DNA from: an uncultured Nitrososphaeraceae archaeon
Lineage (GTDB): Archaea > Thermoproteota > Nitrososphaeria > Nitrososphaerales > Nitrososphaeraceae
Direction: 5' to 3'
Assembly (NCBI GenBank): GCA_963729045.1
Contig: CAVSMN010000001.1
Coordinates: 1 to 64,000, forward strand
Length of the DNA: 64,000 nucleotides
Each line of letters opens with the position of its first letter. Position 1 is the first letter of the stretch. Below are positions 1-10,494 of this stretch, in pieces. The translations under genes were made by a program, and so were the position numbers. The notes below the pieces were generated by a model. That model had not been told where the DNA came from. It saw only the letters and a program-made list of their open reading frames with translations, and made no database searches.

Positions 1-329
1 ATATTTTCGTAATTTGATCTTAAAACCCTCATCTAGATAACATATTCCAAATAAGATTCTAAATAAACCACCATAACCTCGTTAATGGTATAGATTGACA
101 ATTAAATTTAATGATATAGGTATGAGTATTTACTTTGTATAATGACTCTTTAACCTTAATCAGACGTTGATAAAATCAAACGCAAATAACCTAAAAAAAG
201 ATCATCAACCTTGAAATTACTGCTGATCGTTATAACTGAACCATCACTGGCTTGTAATTCTAAATATCTTCACAAGGTACCGAAAATAGATTCCAAACTT
301 ATAAAACATCTGAAAGAGAAGCACCAATA

Positions 330-530
330 ACATAATCCGTTATGCCTTACCAACAAGCCAAATAAATAGCAACAATAAATGTTTCTTTGACAGAGAAAGA
401 AAATAGAACAATTCAATTATATGACGAAAATGGAAAGATGATATATTCAATAGATCTCCAAGAAACAATGAAACTTTAGACATCCAAGTTGATGCAGTAA
501 ATGGACAAGTATTGACAACGCTGATTTAGG
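330..530 (+). pseudogene. PepSY-domain protein remnant
   Basis: Manual translation across frameshifts and stops gives QLYDENGKMIYSIDL...NNETLDIQVDAVNGQVL, matching the PepSY YxV...VDAxxGxVL pattern. Boundaries are approximate. Confidence 0.5.
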
Positions 531-718
531 TAGAAAAGGAGAAGATTTAATTGAAGAATATGGTGAAGAAATTATTCCAAACGGATACATCAATTTTATA
601 TACAGATCCTGAATTATCAAATCTGGTATTTAGTATTGTCTTACCTGCAATCAAATATTTAATTATCATATCAAAAATATATTATTAGATCGCTTTCTTC
701 TTCTTGTTGCATATCTAA

Positions 719-1547
719 TTAACTGTATGGCAGTGAGGAAGATAACTCACTAATAGGAGGGATTATACTGTTGAGGTCTTTTCCTGTAGAAGTCCAAACG
801 ATAAGAGTCTGTACATCTCCTGTTCCTTTCTGTCCTCCTCTCAAATCTTTAAAGTCATGCCTGCTATCTACAGTTAAACCCGCATTCTGTATCTCTTGCA
901 CATACTTATCAATGTCTTGTGTTGGAACCATTAAAATCCCTACAGTATCGATTGCTGTCCTGCCATCAGAACTAGTAACAGGAGAAGACAAGTTATCTAC
1001 TACTGTTATGGTCCCACTCATCGTGACACCTGGGTCGCCTTGGGCTTCATAATTATAAACTCCAGATTTATCAAAGGTATATGTTGGAGATAATTGCATA
1101 TCTGTTATTTTTCCAGTATTAAATAACGAAGTGCTTCCATCTGTGTCTTTTACATCTATAGTGCGTTCGTGACCCACATCACCATTAAACCATGATACTG
1201 TAGTTCCAGTATTGATGATGGCATTTTCTGGTACAAAATGTTGGTCCAAAAATCTAGATTCTTTATCTTCGCCAGCAGCATGATGACCTTCATTTGGAAT
1301 TAGTATAACAAGATCTTTTATGTTACCACCTGAGGTCATTGTTTTAGTGTTAAAGACATTTTCTGCGTTTATGTTTGGTTGATTGTTATGTGTTAGTGTT
1401 AGTGTTTACATTATCAGTTAAGTTTTGTTGGGCAAACACGTCATTGGTTAAAGAATATGAAATGGAAATTATTAATGCAAAAGTACCAACTATTGCAATG
1501 AATAGATAGTTATTTAGATTTATATTTTCTGAAATGAATTTTATCAT
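719..1547 (-). CDS. Secreted cupredoxin-fold protein with an atypical copper site (1-nt frameshift near 1390)
   Basis: ORF 719..1339 has cupredoxin motifs (FVPENAIINTGTTVSWFNGD..H, YTFDKSGVYNY, MSGTITV). An ATG at 1547 encodes a signal peptide (MIKFISEN...IAIVGTFALIISISYS...VFAQQ) that joins the ORF if one extra base in the AACACT repeat is removed. Confidence 0.75.
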
Positions 1548-1967
1548 GTTAATTTCACCTAATTATTCCTTGATCTACAATTTAAACCGATCTAGAGAGT
1601 TTATTTAAATAATTGATATTAGAAATAGACCTGCAATATTCAACTTGGAGAGTGACATTTTTTCATAAATAATTTTGTACTCATAACTCCTAGCACTATC
1701 TAAAATAGTTAAGCGTTATGGTACAAGCATCTAAAGGAACCATATCTTTATTATATTATAAAGTAATTTCATTTATACACTTGTACTAATTAATTCTATA
1801 ATTTGCGGTACTCTATGACAGTAATGTTCATTAATTATTTTTTGAAATTGCAAAACTAACTACTAAATTAAATTCAAAATTGTAACAATAACACAGATAT
1901 ATTTCTTGAAAATTGTTATAAAAACATTGATCGATAAACTTTAATCTATTATAAGTAAAGATGAACT

Positions 1968-3632
1968 ATGTATAAAACGAAACTTTTAATTTCTTTTTTT
2001 ATTTCATCAGTTATTTTACTTTCTTTAGCAATCATTCCATACAGTGTCCATTTATCCTTTGCCGCTTACGCAAAGGCACCAGTGGCTCCTCGTGGACCTA
2101 CCATTAAAGATGACAATCTTGCTGTTGAAAAAATTACTGACGCTTTGGACTTTCCCACCAGTATGGCTTTTTTGGGGCCCAATGATATATTAGTTACCGA
2201 GAAAGTAACAGGAAAAGTTATGAGGGTACTTGACGGTCAAATGCAAGACAAGCCTGTTCTGGATGTACCCGTGGCTAGTACCATTGAACGTGGTCTACTT
2301 GGTATTGCGGTATCTAAACAAAGTGATGGAAAAACGTATGTTTTCTTGTCTTATACGGAATCTGGAGATGGAGTAGATGGTAGTGATTTTACGGATCAGA
2401 CAGATCCATTGGGGAATAGACTATATCGTTATGAATTTGTTGATGGTCGATTAATAAACCCTGTTCTTTTGTTAGATTTAACCGCTATTCCCGATAATGG
2501 TAGAGGTGAGCACAATGGAGGTAAGATCTTGATAGGACCCGACAATAACATTTACTACGTAATTGGCGAGGTCGGTGGTCATAGAACACAGGCTCAAAAT
2601 ATAGTGGACGGTCCAGCCCCTAATGGGCTTGGAGGTATTCTCAGAATTACACAGGACGGCAGTGTAGTAGATGATGGTTCTATATTTGGCAAAGGATTGC
2701 CTCTGAATGTTTACTATGCTATGGGTATTAGGAATAGCTTTGGTATGGATTTTGACCCGTTAACTGGCAACCTATGGGACACAGAAAATGGACCTACTGC
2801 TGGTGATGAAATCAATTTGGTATATCCAGGATTTAATAGTGGCTGGTCACTAATTCAAGGATTTTCAAAGAATGATTTTCAGGGTACCGGTGCAACCTCG
2901 GATGACCTGGTATATTTTGGCAATGGGTCATATGCTGAACCTAAATTCGACTGGGTTACTCCAATAGGAATTACTGCATTGAAATTCTTAAATTCTGGTA
3001 AGTTAGGACAAGAATATCAAAACAATATGTTTGTAGGTGATATTAACAACGGTCTTTTATATCGATTTGTCCTTAATCAGGCTAGAGATAGCATACTCAT
3101 AAACGATACTTCCTTAGGAAATATCAAATCATTAGCAGATTATGAGGTTAATGATCCCAAGGAAAATCAACCCGTAGTATTTGGTCAAGGCTTTGGCGGG
3201 ATAACCGATATTCAGGTAGGACCAGATGGATATCTATATGTATTAAGCTATACGGGATCGCTATTTAGAATTTTACCATATTCAGATGGCGTAGATGGAA
3301 AAGAGCGTCAACTCGTGGATACGACCGAAACTAACGATACTGAGAATAATAACTCTGTACCCGTATCCATTGCAGGAATAAATGGAGATAATTCATATTC
3401 ACCAAATCCTGTAAAAATACAAAAAGGTCAAACTGTAACTTGGTATAATGGAGACGCTATTTCTCATACTGTCACATCTGGTCTAGATGGTGACACGGAT
3501 GCAGGGACGATATTTGATTCGGATGCAATAATACCAAATCAGCACTATAGTATAACTTTTGATAATACTGGCGACTATCAATACTATTGCATTTATCACC
3601 CATCAATGGTAGGTGAAATTATAGTGGAATGA
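1968..3632 (+). CDS. PQQ-dependent glucose/sorbosone dehydrogenase-family beta-propeller fused to a C-terminal plastocyanin-like type-1 Cu domain
   Basis: Signal peptide, followed by GSDH motifs ERGLLGIA, HNGG, GIRNSFGMDFDP, ENGP..DEIN and ITDIQVGPDGYLYV. The C-terminal domain has HTVTS...YYCIYHPSMVG with all four His/Cys/His/Met ligands. Confidence 0.9.
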   Translation: MYKTKLLISFFISSVILLSLAIIPYSVHLSFAAYAKAPVAPRGPTIKDDNLAVEKITDALDFPTSMAFLGPNDILVTEKVTGKVMRVLDGQMQDKPVLDVPVASTIERGLLGIAVSKQSDGKTYVFLSYTESGDGVDGSDFTDQTDPLGNRLYRYEFVDGRLINPVLLLDLTAIPDNGRGEHNGGKILIGPDNNIYYVIGEVGGHRTQAQNIVDGPAPNGLGGILRITQDGSVVDDGSIFGKGLPLNVYYAMGIRNSFGMDFDPLTGNLWDTENGPTAGDEINLVYPGFNSGWSLIQGFSKNDFQGTGATSDDLVYFGNGSYAEPKFDWVTPIGITALKFLNSGKLGQEYQNNMFVGDINNGLLYRFVLNQARDSILINDTSLGNIKSLADYEVNDPKENQPVVFGQGFGGITDIQVGPDGYLYVLSYTGSLFRILPYSDGVDGKERQLVDTTETNDTENNNSVPVSIAGINGDNSYSPNPVKIQKGQTVTWYNGDAISHTVTSGLDGDTDAGTIFDSDAIIPNQHYSITFDNTGDYQYYCIYHPSMVGEIIVE

Positions 3633-3780
3633 TTAATTGTGTAATAGATCTAATAACAGGGTTATAGGCAGATATGATATATCTCAATCATTCAACAAAA
3701 AAAGGCAGAGTCTATCATAATAATGCTAAATTGGATAAAGTATATTGTTCATTTAGTATCTAGATTTCTAATACTTGATT

Positions 3781-4461
3781 TTAAAGTGACCATTTCGTTT
3801 TTGAATTTTTAATAATTCTGATTATTTGAAAATATTTTGTTTCCAATTCTTTCTCTTTCCATAGGATAACAAAAGATACTCCAACCCCAAGGAGTATTCC
3901 GCCCAATACATCCAATGGATAATGACTCCCTACATACACGCGTGAAAAACAAACCGAAGCTGCTTCAGTTATTAAGAGTAAAGCCACAAGTAACTGAATG
4001 GACGATCCTCTCATCAGTACCAAAGCAACTGTCGCTCCTGCAGAGACTATTAGAGCATGACCAGATGGAAAAGCGTATTCAGAATCTGCAGTTATCAAAA
4101 AGTCTGTTTCAGGGATAACTGGTCTTGGTCTTTCAATAATTTCCTTTGTGATAATTCCTATGGGTATGAGTACGATCATCGATATAAACATAACAAAGGC
4201 AGTCTTTCTACCTGTCTTTTTACCGAAAATAAATAGGAAAAGTATTGCCAGTATCCAGAATACTTCTCGTCCATACCAGCTCAAGTATATCATGATTTGA
4301 TTGAGAACCTGAAAATGAGAATTATTTATTCTTAGAAAGAGTCTATTATCGGTATTTGTCAATGAATTACTTTTTAAATTTGATTTAGGTGAAATGACCA
4401 ATGCCAAAACAATAAAAGCGGATATAGTAATTATTGAAAAAATAAGATATTTATTATTCAA
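3781..4461 (-). CDS. PAP2-family membrane phosphatase
   Basis: KxxxxRxRP (KEIIERPRP), FPSGH and SRVYVGSHYPLDV motifs, plus several TM helices. Confidence 0.92.
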   Translation of the reverse strand: MNNKYLIFSIITISAFIVLALVISPKSNLKSNSLTNTDNRLFLRINNSHFQVLNQIMIYLSWYGREVFWILAILFLFIFGKKTGRKTAFVMFISMIVLIPIGIITKEIIERPRPVIPETDFLITADSEYAFPSGHALIVSAGATVALVLMRGSSIQLLVALLLITEAASVCFSRVYVGSHYPLDVLGGILLGVGVSFVILWKEKELETKYFQIIRIIKNSKTKWSL

Positions 4462-4739
4462 AAGATCTCAACTTTAAGTTTAGACAAGTTGTTATTAAAC
4501 CAAACTTTACTTTGAATTAAATCCAGGTAGAGTAAGATATAGTAGAAATATTTCTAGTTCACATTTCATATCAATAATATATCTACTAATTTTTATTGAA
4601 CCCATTAGTTTGAGATATGTTCTTATCTAAATATCAGATCATAGGAAATATATAAGGAAAAATGGATAGTGTCAATAAAAGATTTACTGCATTGTTTTAT
4701 GGGTTGTCACATGATAGACTAATTAGTGTCATTTTTTAT

Positions 4740-4771
4740 TAGAACCATATTGCCACAAGGAACTTAATCCC
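4740..4771 (+). repeat. 32-bp dispersed direct repeat, copy 1
   Basis: TAGAACCATATTGCCACAAGGAACTTAATCCC is 28/32 identical to 5788..5819. Confidence 0.8.
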
Positions 4772-4871
4772 TTTGGATAAGAACCTATTTAATAATGTAT
4801 TTCAAATATGTACAAATCCTTTTGTCTTATTTTTGGGATATAAAATTTGTTAGTATGAAAACTACTACAAG

Positions 4872-5465
4872 TTATTGCTTTGCAATTTGGCCACGAATTT
4901 CGCTATCCATACCAAACAAACTTAGAGAGTCAGGATGATATGTATAAACTTGTACATATGCACTACCATTATTAAAAAGCTTGACTAAATCTGTAATGTT
5001 TTTGCTACCTGCTAATGGTCCAAATTCAAAGGCTTGTGTAAAAACTGTTCCATTGAAGAAGAGTTTAGTTCTTTCATTTTCTGAATCAGCAGATGTGCAA
5101 CAAATTTCTGAAGGTAGGGATGTCGTTTTTTGATACAACGTAACCACAGCAGGTCCATTTTCATTCTTTTTGCCCAAGTGAACTTCAACTTTTCCCACAT
5201 CACTATGTATATTTGTAAGATTTATTTCATAATATAATTCATTATTATCGTAGTAATGATCATTGGTAATAAATTTAACAATACCCATTGCATTGGTGTT
5301 TACAGGAGGTATGTTGTTATCACCAGTTAAGTTTGCTATATATGATTGATTTTGTTGTGGCTGTTGCAATAACTTTGATTCAGATGATACAACTGTTCCA
5401 GTCATCTGAATAATAAAATACAATGATGCAAGTATCGTAATTGATAAAGTTAATGCGACATACAT
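4872..5465 (-). CDS. CHRD-domain secreted protein
   Basis: N-terminal TM, then ANLTGDNNIPPVNTNAMG, VHLGKKNENGPAVVTL, AYVQVYT and SEIRGQI, typical of CHRD. Confidence 0.85.
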   Translation of the reverse strand: MYVALTLSITILASLYFIIQMTGTVVSSESKLLQQPQQNQSYIANLTGDNNIPPVNTNAMGIVKFITNDHYYDNNELYYEINLTNIHSDVGKVEVHLGKKNENGPAVVTLYQKTTSLPSEICCTSADSENERTKLFFNGTVFTQAFEFGPLAGSKNITDLVKLFNNGSAYVQVYTYHPDSLSLFGMDSEIRGQIAKQ

Positions 5466-5787
5466 GACCTAACGTAAGTAGCATTAGTTTAATTATTAAA
5501 TATTTATTGGTAAAGCAGATTCATGGACTCCTATTTGTAGATGCGTTCACATAAATGACCTAGCGGTCTTTTGGATAATTGTTAGTTTATTAACTTAGCA
5601 TGATGATGGTGGATTATATGCTCTTGGTTTTCTCATGACCATGGTCAAGTAAAATCTCTGAATAAAACCCATATCAAAAGGAACTTAGTGCCTACGGCTC
5701 CATTCAATGTATTAAATTGTTGAATTATTACTAACATAACGATATAACGTGCTTTTTTAAGAATATCAAATCTACTATGAAATGTCG

Positions 5788-5819
5788 TAGAACCCTACTA
5801 CCACTAGGAACTTAATCCC
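5788..5819 (+). repeat. 32-bp dispersed direct repeat, copy 2 (degenerate third copy near 5663..5692)
   Basis: TAGAACCCTACTACCACTAGGAACTTAATCCC. Confidence 0.8.
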
Positions 5820-5980
5820 AACGCGCCCAGGCTATTAATTAGCCATCATTATCAAATTCATTTAACATATGACAATAATTAAGATTTTTGAAATTGGATT
5901 AAAACAAAAAAATGAGAAATAATGAAGGTATATCCTAACGTATTCTACGGTAATCTTTATACTATCTGTAAATTTATACA

Positions 5981-6205
5981 TTACAAGCAATTCAGGTCTT
6001 TTTTCAGATTTTGATCATCCACGAGAATGTAATTCTGGGAACTCCAATCGAAATAGTATGCTTCTTGTATTCTCTGAAGGATCCCATCTGCTTCTAACTT
6101 GGCAAGTGTTTTTGACACAACTGATTTATTTAAATATACTTCAGATGGTAAAGTAATTGGGTCATACCGTTCGCGAGTACCATCATGCATTTTAATTCCT
6201 ATCAT
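5981..6205 (-). CDS. Small winged-HTH (MarR-like) protein or fragment
   Basis: LNKSVVSKTLAKLEADGILQR resembles the MarR recognition helix and wing start. Confidence 0.4.
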   Translation of the reverse strand: MIGIKMHDGTRERYDPITLPSEVYLNKSVVSKTLAKLEADGILQRIQEAYYFDWSSQNYILVDDQNLKKDLNCL

Positions 6206-6238
6206 TCATAACTCAGGTCAAGTGATGATGTTCAGATA

Positions 6239-6622
6239 TCATCTTCTGGTAACTATAATTATTGCAGTAATTATAACATATGATATCTGAAATATTTCTA
6301 TTGCAACTGCCAATTCAGTTACCCCAGGTGGTGTCGACTGAGGATTCCCAACCGATTCAATGACTACGTAACCAGTTAAACCCACTAACACAGCCGTACC
6401 CGCAAATCCGATAATATTCCAAATCCTACCCCATCTTTTTACCATGGGTAAAACCCAAAAGAGCTGTACCAGACCAGAAATCAAAAAAAACGTAGCGTAT
6501 TGGATACCAGCAACAATCGAGCTTGGAACTAACATGAGGTGTAAAATTCCAGCTATACCGGTACATGCTGCAGCCCCCAGATATAGGAGTGTTCTATTAG
6601 TATTTGCCATTTCTGATCCCAA
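6239..6622 (-). CDS. Hypothetical 4-TM membrane protein
   Basis: Four hydrophobic segments with AGILHL, FFLISGLVQLFW and IEIFQ motifs. Confidence 0.7.
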   Translation of the reverse strand: MGSEMANTNRTLLYLGAAACTGIAGILHLMLVPSSIVAGIQYATFFLISGLVQLFWVLPMVKRWGRIWNIIGFAGTAVLVGLTGYVVIESVGNPQSTPPGVTELAVAIEIFQISYVIITAIIIVTRR

Positions 6623-7084
6623 TCCACCTAACTAAGATTAATGCTGTGAATTGTCAACGCTCCACTATATATTCCATTTGTTGTAGGCTAATTCAGTTCA
6701 TAGATTGACACAATATGAACTGCATACGTATGCCATTATCACATAACAAAATAAGCGGAAGAGGATATGCACATGATTTGAAAAAAAATGCCTTTCTTTT
6801 ACATTATCTCAACATTAACTGTGGTAGTCCACTTATTGAAGTTCATTATTTAATTTCATACAATAAAACTTGTGTTAACTTCCAAATTTATTTTAATTTT
6901 ACCTTGCTCTAGATTAATATTAAATTGTCCAATAAAACAAAGGAATTGTTAAAGTTTTTTTGAACAAATTAGAGTATAAAGTGCAATTCGGGGGGAGAAC
7001 CATATAGTATTGAAATTCATAATACTCATTCATTCTATTTAAAAATATGATAAAAGTTGAGTCTTAATCTCAATTTGTTAAAAC

Positions 7085-7657
7085 CTACGGGTTATAAGGC
7101 AAGGTAAACGAAAAAGTTGCACCTGTTTGATTAACGTTATTTCTTGCCCAAATTTTTCCTCCATGGGCTTCAATCAAATTTTTGCAGATAAATAATCCTT
7201 AGCCCGTTCCTCTTTCTGATTTGGTCACAAATTTTGAAAATAACTTATCAATTATCTGATTATCTATCCCTATTCCAGAATCTTTTACATGGATAATAAC
7301 AACACTTTCATGACTCACCTTTAAAATGCTCGTAGTTATTTCTCCATGGCTAGTAAATCTAACAGCGTTATTCAATAAATTATGCATTACTTGTGTTATT
7401 CTCCCTTTATCAGCGTAAACAACAAGTTTGGATGAGTCCCTGAATTCATTCCCCTGTTGAATCGGCGATATTTCATCACTCGTAGAGTATTCGTTTAAAA
7501 AAATTCTATCAAATTCAAATGTCTTTAATGATAATTTCACATTTTTATTCAATACTTGTTGACTATATTCATCTATAAAATTTTTGATAGTCTCAACAAT
7601 ATCAAACAATTCTTTGCGAAGATTGAGAGTTTTTGTCTCAATTCTGGTAACCAGCAC
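7085..7657 (-). pseudogene. Truncated sensor histidine kinase (HATPase_c only) with an in-frame stop
   Basis: N box (QVMHNLLNNAVRF), G1 (DSGIG) and F box are present. G2 GTG*GL has TAA at 7199..7201 where TTA (Leu) is expected, and the frame continues [14 protein letters not shown]...FSFTLP to TAG at 7085. No H-box or sensor region upstream. Confidence 0.85.
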
Positions 7658-7955
7658 CCAAACTCAAGGATACTTTATTTGATAATGATACTAGAACTCG
7701 CCTAGAATTAGAACTTACTCCAAACACTCACGTCATCTAATTCTAGATTATATTCAACCTTGAACCACATCCCCCCGGATGTATTAAACTAGAGATAAAT
7801 TTTAGATACTGGAATTCAGAATAAATTTGCTACAACCGAGAAGCTTTTAACAAATAATATGACTACATGGTTTTTATTTTCTTTCTTGCAAAATATTGAA
7901 TCTATTTACTATTACTGCACAAAATCAATTAATAATACTGCTATAAATAATTAAT

Positions 7956-8822
7956 ATGTCAATTATAAAGTCAACCAATAAGAATATGACAATCCTGGGG
8001 TTAGGCGTTTTAGCATCTTCTCTAGTCCTCTTGATTCTATCGATCGAGGCTACTGATTTACAAGTTTCAGCTGCTTCTAAGGCTACCCATGCTACAAATT
8101 TAGCAAGTATGAATAATAACTTGACAGACTTTGACACTTTGCAAATGAATTTGAACAATCGGATTTCAAATAATTCTGATTCAATCAATTCTGATTCAAT
8201 ATCGAGTAACAAACTTGTTTCTATCGTCCCGTTAAACGAAAACCAAAGACCGGTACAAATCGATTCTAAATTATTAAAAAGTCTGGAATCAAACAAAACA
8301 TTGGGAAATCTTTCTAGTATCTTAAATGATGGAGATCCTTCTGGCACATGTTATATTTTGAACGGTAATATTTCAGATTACTTTGGAATAGATGAACAAA
8401 CTCCATGTACCGTAACTTTATCAAATAATAACAAAACAATTAGTATTGATTTTGATTATGAAGTTATATTAAATGATGATACAAACCGTATTTCTAAAGA
8501 CACTCATAACTATCAACAACCAAGTAATGTGGTTCTGCAACCGGGTGAATTATTTGTATTTTCCAGAACCGGCGGAGAAGACTACGATGGTTTGGACGTA
8601 TATCTAGTTGACAGTAATGTTGAAGATGGAAATATTATAGATCTTGATTCAAATGAATTTGCTAGAGTATTTTTAGACCACTTCAAATCCTCAGGAACTG
8701 ACTTTTTTATGGTTCCAACTATCGATGACGGATTTTCAACTTGGAAATTGGTTATAGAATATGAGAACAATGATGAATTGGAATCCTACTTTATTGCGGA
8801 CAATGTGTCTATAGAAGAATAA
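7956..8822 (+). CDS. Hypothetical secreted acidic/Asn-rich protein
   Basis: 288-aa ORF with an N-terminal signal or TM segment. Confidence 0.7.
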   Translation: MSIIKSTNKNMTILGLGVLASSLVLLILSIEATDLQVSAASKATHATNLASMNNNLTDFDTLQMNLNNRISNNSDSINSDSISSNKLVSIVPLNENQRPVQIDSKLLKSLESNKTLGNLSSILNDGDPSGTCYILNGNISDYFGIDEQTPCTVTLSNNNKTISIDFDYEVILNDDTNRISKDTHNYQQPSNVVLQPGELFVFSRTGGEDYDGLDVYLVDSNVEDGNIIDLDSNEFARVFLDHFKSSGTDFFMVPTIDDGFSTWKLVIEYENNDELESYFIADNVSIEE

Positions 8823-9249
8823 TAATTCACCTATTTCAATCCAATTCAATTAGTTTTGTTAATTCCATATTTTCCTATTTTTGAGTCGACTTATCATGTA
8901 CAATCTTTTTGGTATAACCAATGAGGCTATATTTGATATAAATGGAGTTTAAAGAATTCTTGTAAATTCCCCTTTATTTCATCTAGGTGAGGCAATTCAC
9001 ATAATTTAAACAATTCTTTACACTACTCTATATTGACTGTAGTTCTTTCGGTGATTATTCTTACCTTAATGTCTCTGGTTTGGAGTTTGCGAAATGCAAT
9101 AGCAACTTGAGGAATAGCAGGATATGAATACGGAACATTTTTATCGGCACATATAGCTGCATAACCTTTTAGTTCTAACCATGGAGTGAAAATCCATTTT
9201 TATCTTTTTTTCATGGTTCTTATTGCGTGCACACTTCATTAATCCATAT

Positions 9250-10494
9250 CTATGTATTCAATGTGTATATTTTGTAAGGTCTATCAGTACCGTAGTTTAC
9301 ATATTTCCATCTATCAGTGATCGTTAGTTCGTGAAATTCATCCTGCAAATTAGGATCTAATGATTTGTAAACGTTATCCCCAATAGATACTTTATTTGCA
9401 CCAGTTATTGACATTATTTTCGATGCAACATTCATACCATATCCTAATATGTCAATAGGTGAGCGTTGATCGTATCCGAACTGAACAATTGCGTTTTCTC
9501 CCGCATCTATTCCTATCTTGACGGAAAGCTCTGGATATTTGTATATTTTATGCATAAATGAATTTACTTCTTCCTTGATTGAATTGATCATCAATTTCCC
9601 AGATTCAACTGCTGTATCTGAGGAAAGATATTTGTTCTGATTATCAATACGACTTGGAAAAAAAGAGATCACTGCATCGCCAGCATATTTCAAAACATAT
9701 CCACCGAGGGTATCTACAACGTTTGAAATGTGATAGTCAAAAATCCTGACTATAGAAACAAGATTATCTATGGGTAAGGTCATACTCATCTTCGTTGAAC
9801 CAACCAGATCAGCGTATATGATTATTATTGGGATCTTGGTGCTGATGTGGTCAAGAAGATAGTTTTGACCTCGTCTCATAGAAGTATGAATTACCTTTGG
9901 CCAAAGGTTGTCAAGTATCAAAGGTGTATGTGTTTTGTACCAGTAAACCATCAATTCTTCTTCTCTCATACTCTTTTCGAGTAAAGATATATTCTCTTGT
10001 TTATATGGAATGTCCATAGTTTGCATGTTCTCTATCAAAGATTCATAAGCCATCAATTCATCATGATTTATCGCAAAATCTTGCCTCAATTGTACAATTT
10101 CATAATCCTCTGGTAAAGAATGTTTTAAAATCTTTCTCTGATCTTCTATTTTTGAATTTTCAAGAAGATTATTTTCAGACTGCGTTGTGGCGGTGGTAGT
10201 AGAAGAAGAAACAAATGATGATAATAAGTTGGCCTTAGCATCGGTTGGCTTTCCTCCAAATTGTCTAATTATATCTTGAAGTCTGATTTTTTGAATATTT
10301 GTTACATCCAAATGCCTTTTTAATATTTCCTTTAACGCTTCAATTGGTGTGCTGTCTATTCTTGAAGCTATTCTCACTGCTGCTGCATTTTCAATAGAGA
10401 GTATTTTATTTAATTCTTTAACTAGATTTGGATCAGCTCGAAAGTTATTCCTGCTATCATTGTAATTCTCACCATTAGGTATTGACAATGTCAA
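9250..10494 (-). CDS. Class III adenylate cyclase with an N-terminal ferritin-like (DUF892-like) domain
   Basis: YADLVGST, KYAGDAV, KIGIDAG and DILGYGMNVASK cyclase motifs. The N-terminal helical bundle reads LSIENAA...RHL...RL..IIRQFGGKPT...HDELMAY...EEE. Confidence 0.88.
   Translation of the reverse strand: MTLSIPNGENYNDSRNNFRADPNLVKELNKILSIENAAAVRIASRIDSTPIEALKEILKRHLDVTNIQKIRLQDIIRQFGGKPTDAKANLLSSFVSSSTTTATTQSENNLLENSKIEDQRKILKHSLPEDYEIVQLRQDFAINHDELMAYESLIENMQTMDIPYKQENISLLEKSMREEELMVYWYKTHTPLILDNLWPKVIHTSMRRGQNYLLDHISTKIPIIIIYADLVGSTKMSMTLPIDNLVSIVRIFDYHISNVVDTLGGYVLKYAGDAVISFFPSRIDNQNKYLSSDTAVESGKLMINSIKEEVNSFMHKIYKYPELSVKIGIDAGENAIVQFGYDQRSPIDILGYGMNVASKIMSITGANKVSIGDNVYKSLDPNLQDEFHELTITDRWKYVNYGTDRPYKIYTLNT

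Noticed and set aside
7199..7201. Stop-codon readthrough or recoding in the kinase
   Set aside because: The stop is TAA at a Leu position and the gene is also 5'-truncated. A simple nonsense change is more parsimonious.
9250..10494. Pycsar/CBASS-type anti-phage cyclase
   Set aside because: The purine-specifying Lys/Asp residues are present, and there is no adjacent operonic TM or TIR effector.
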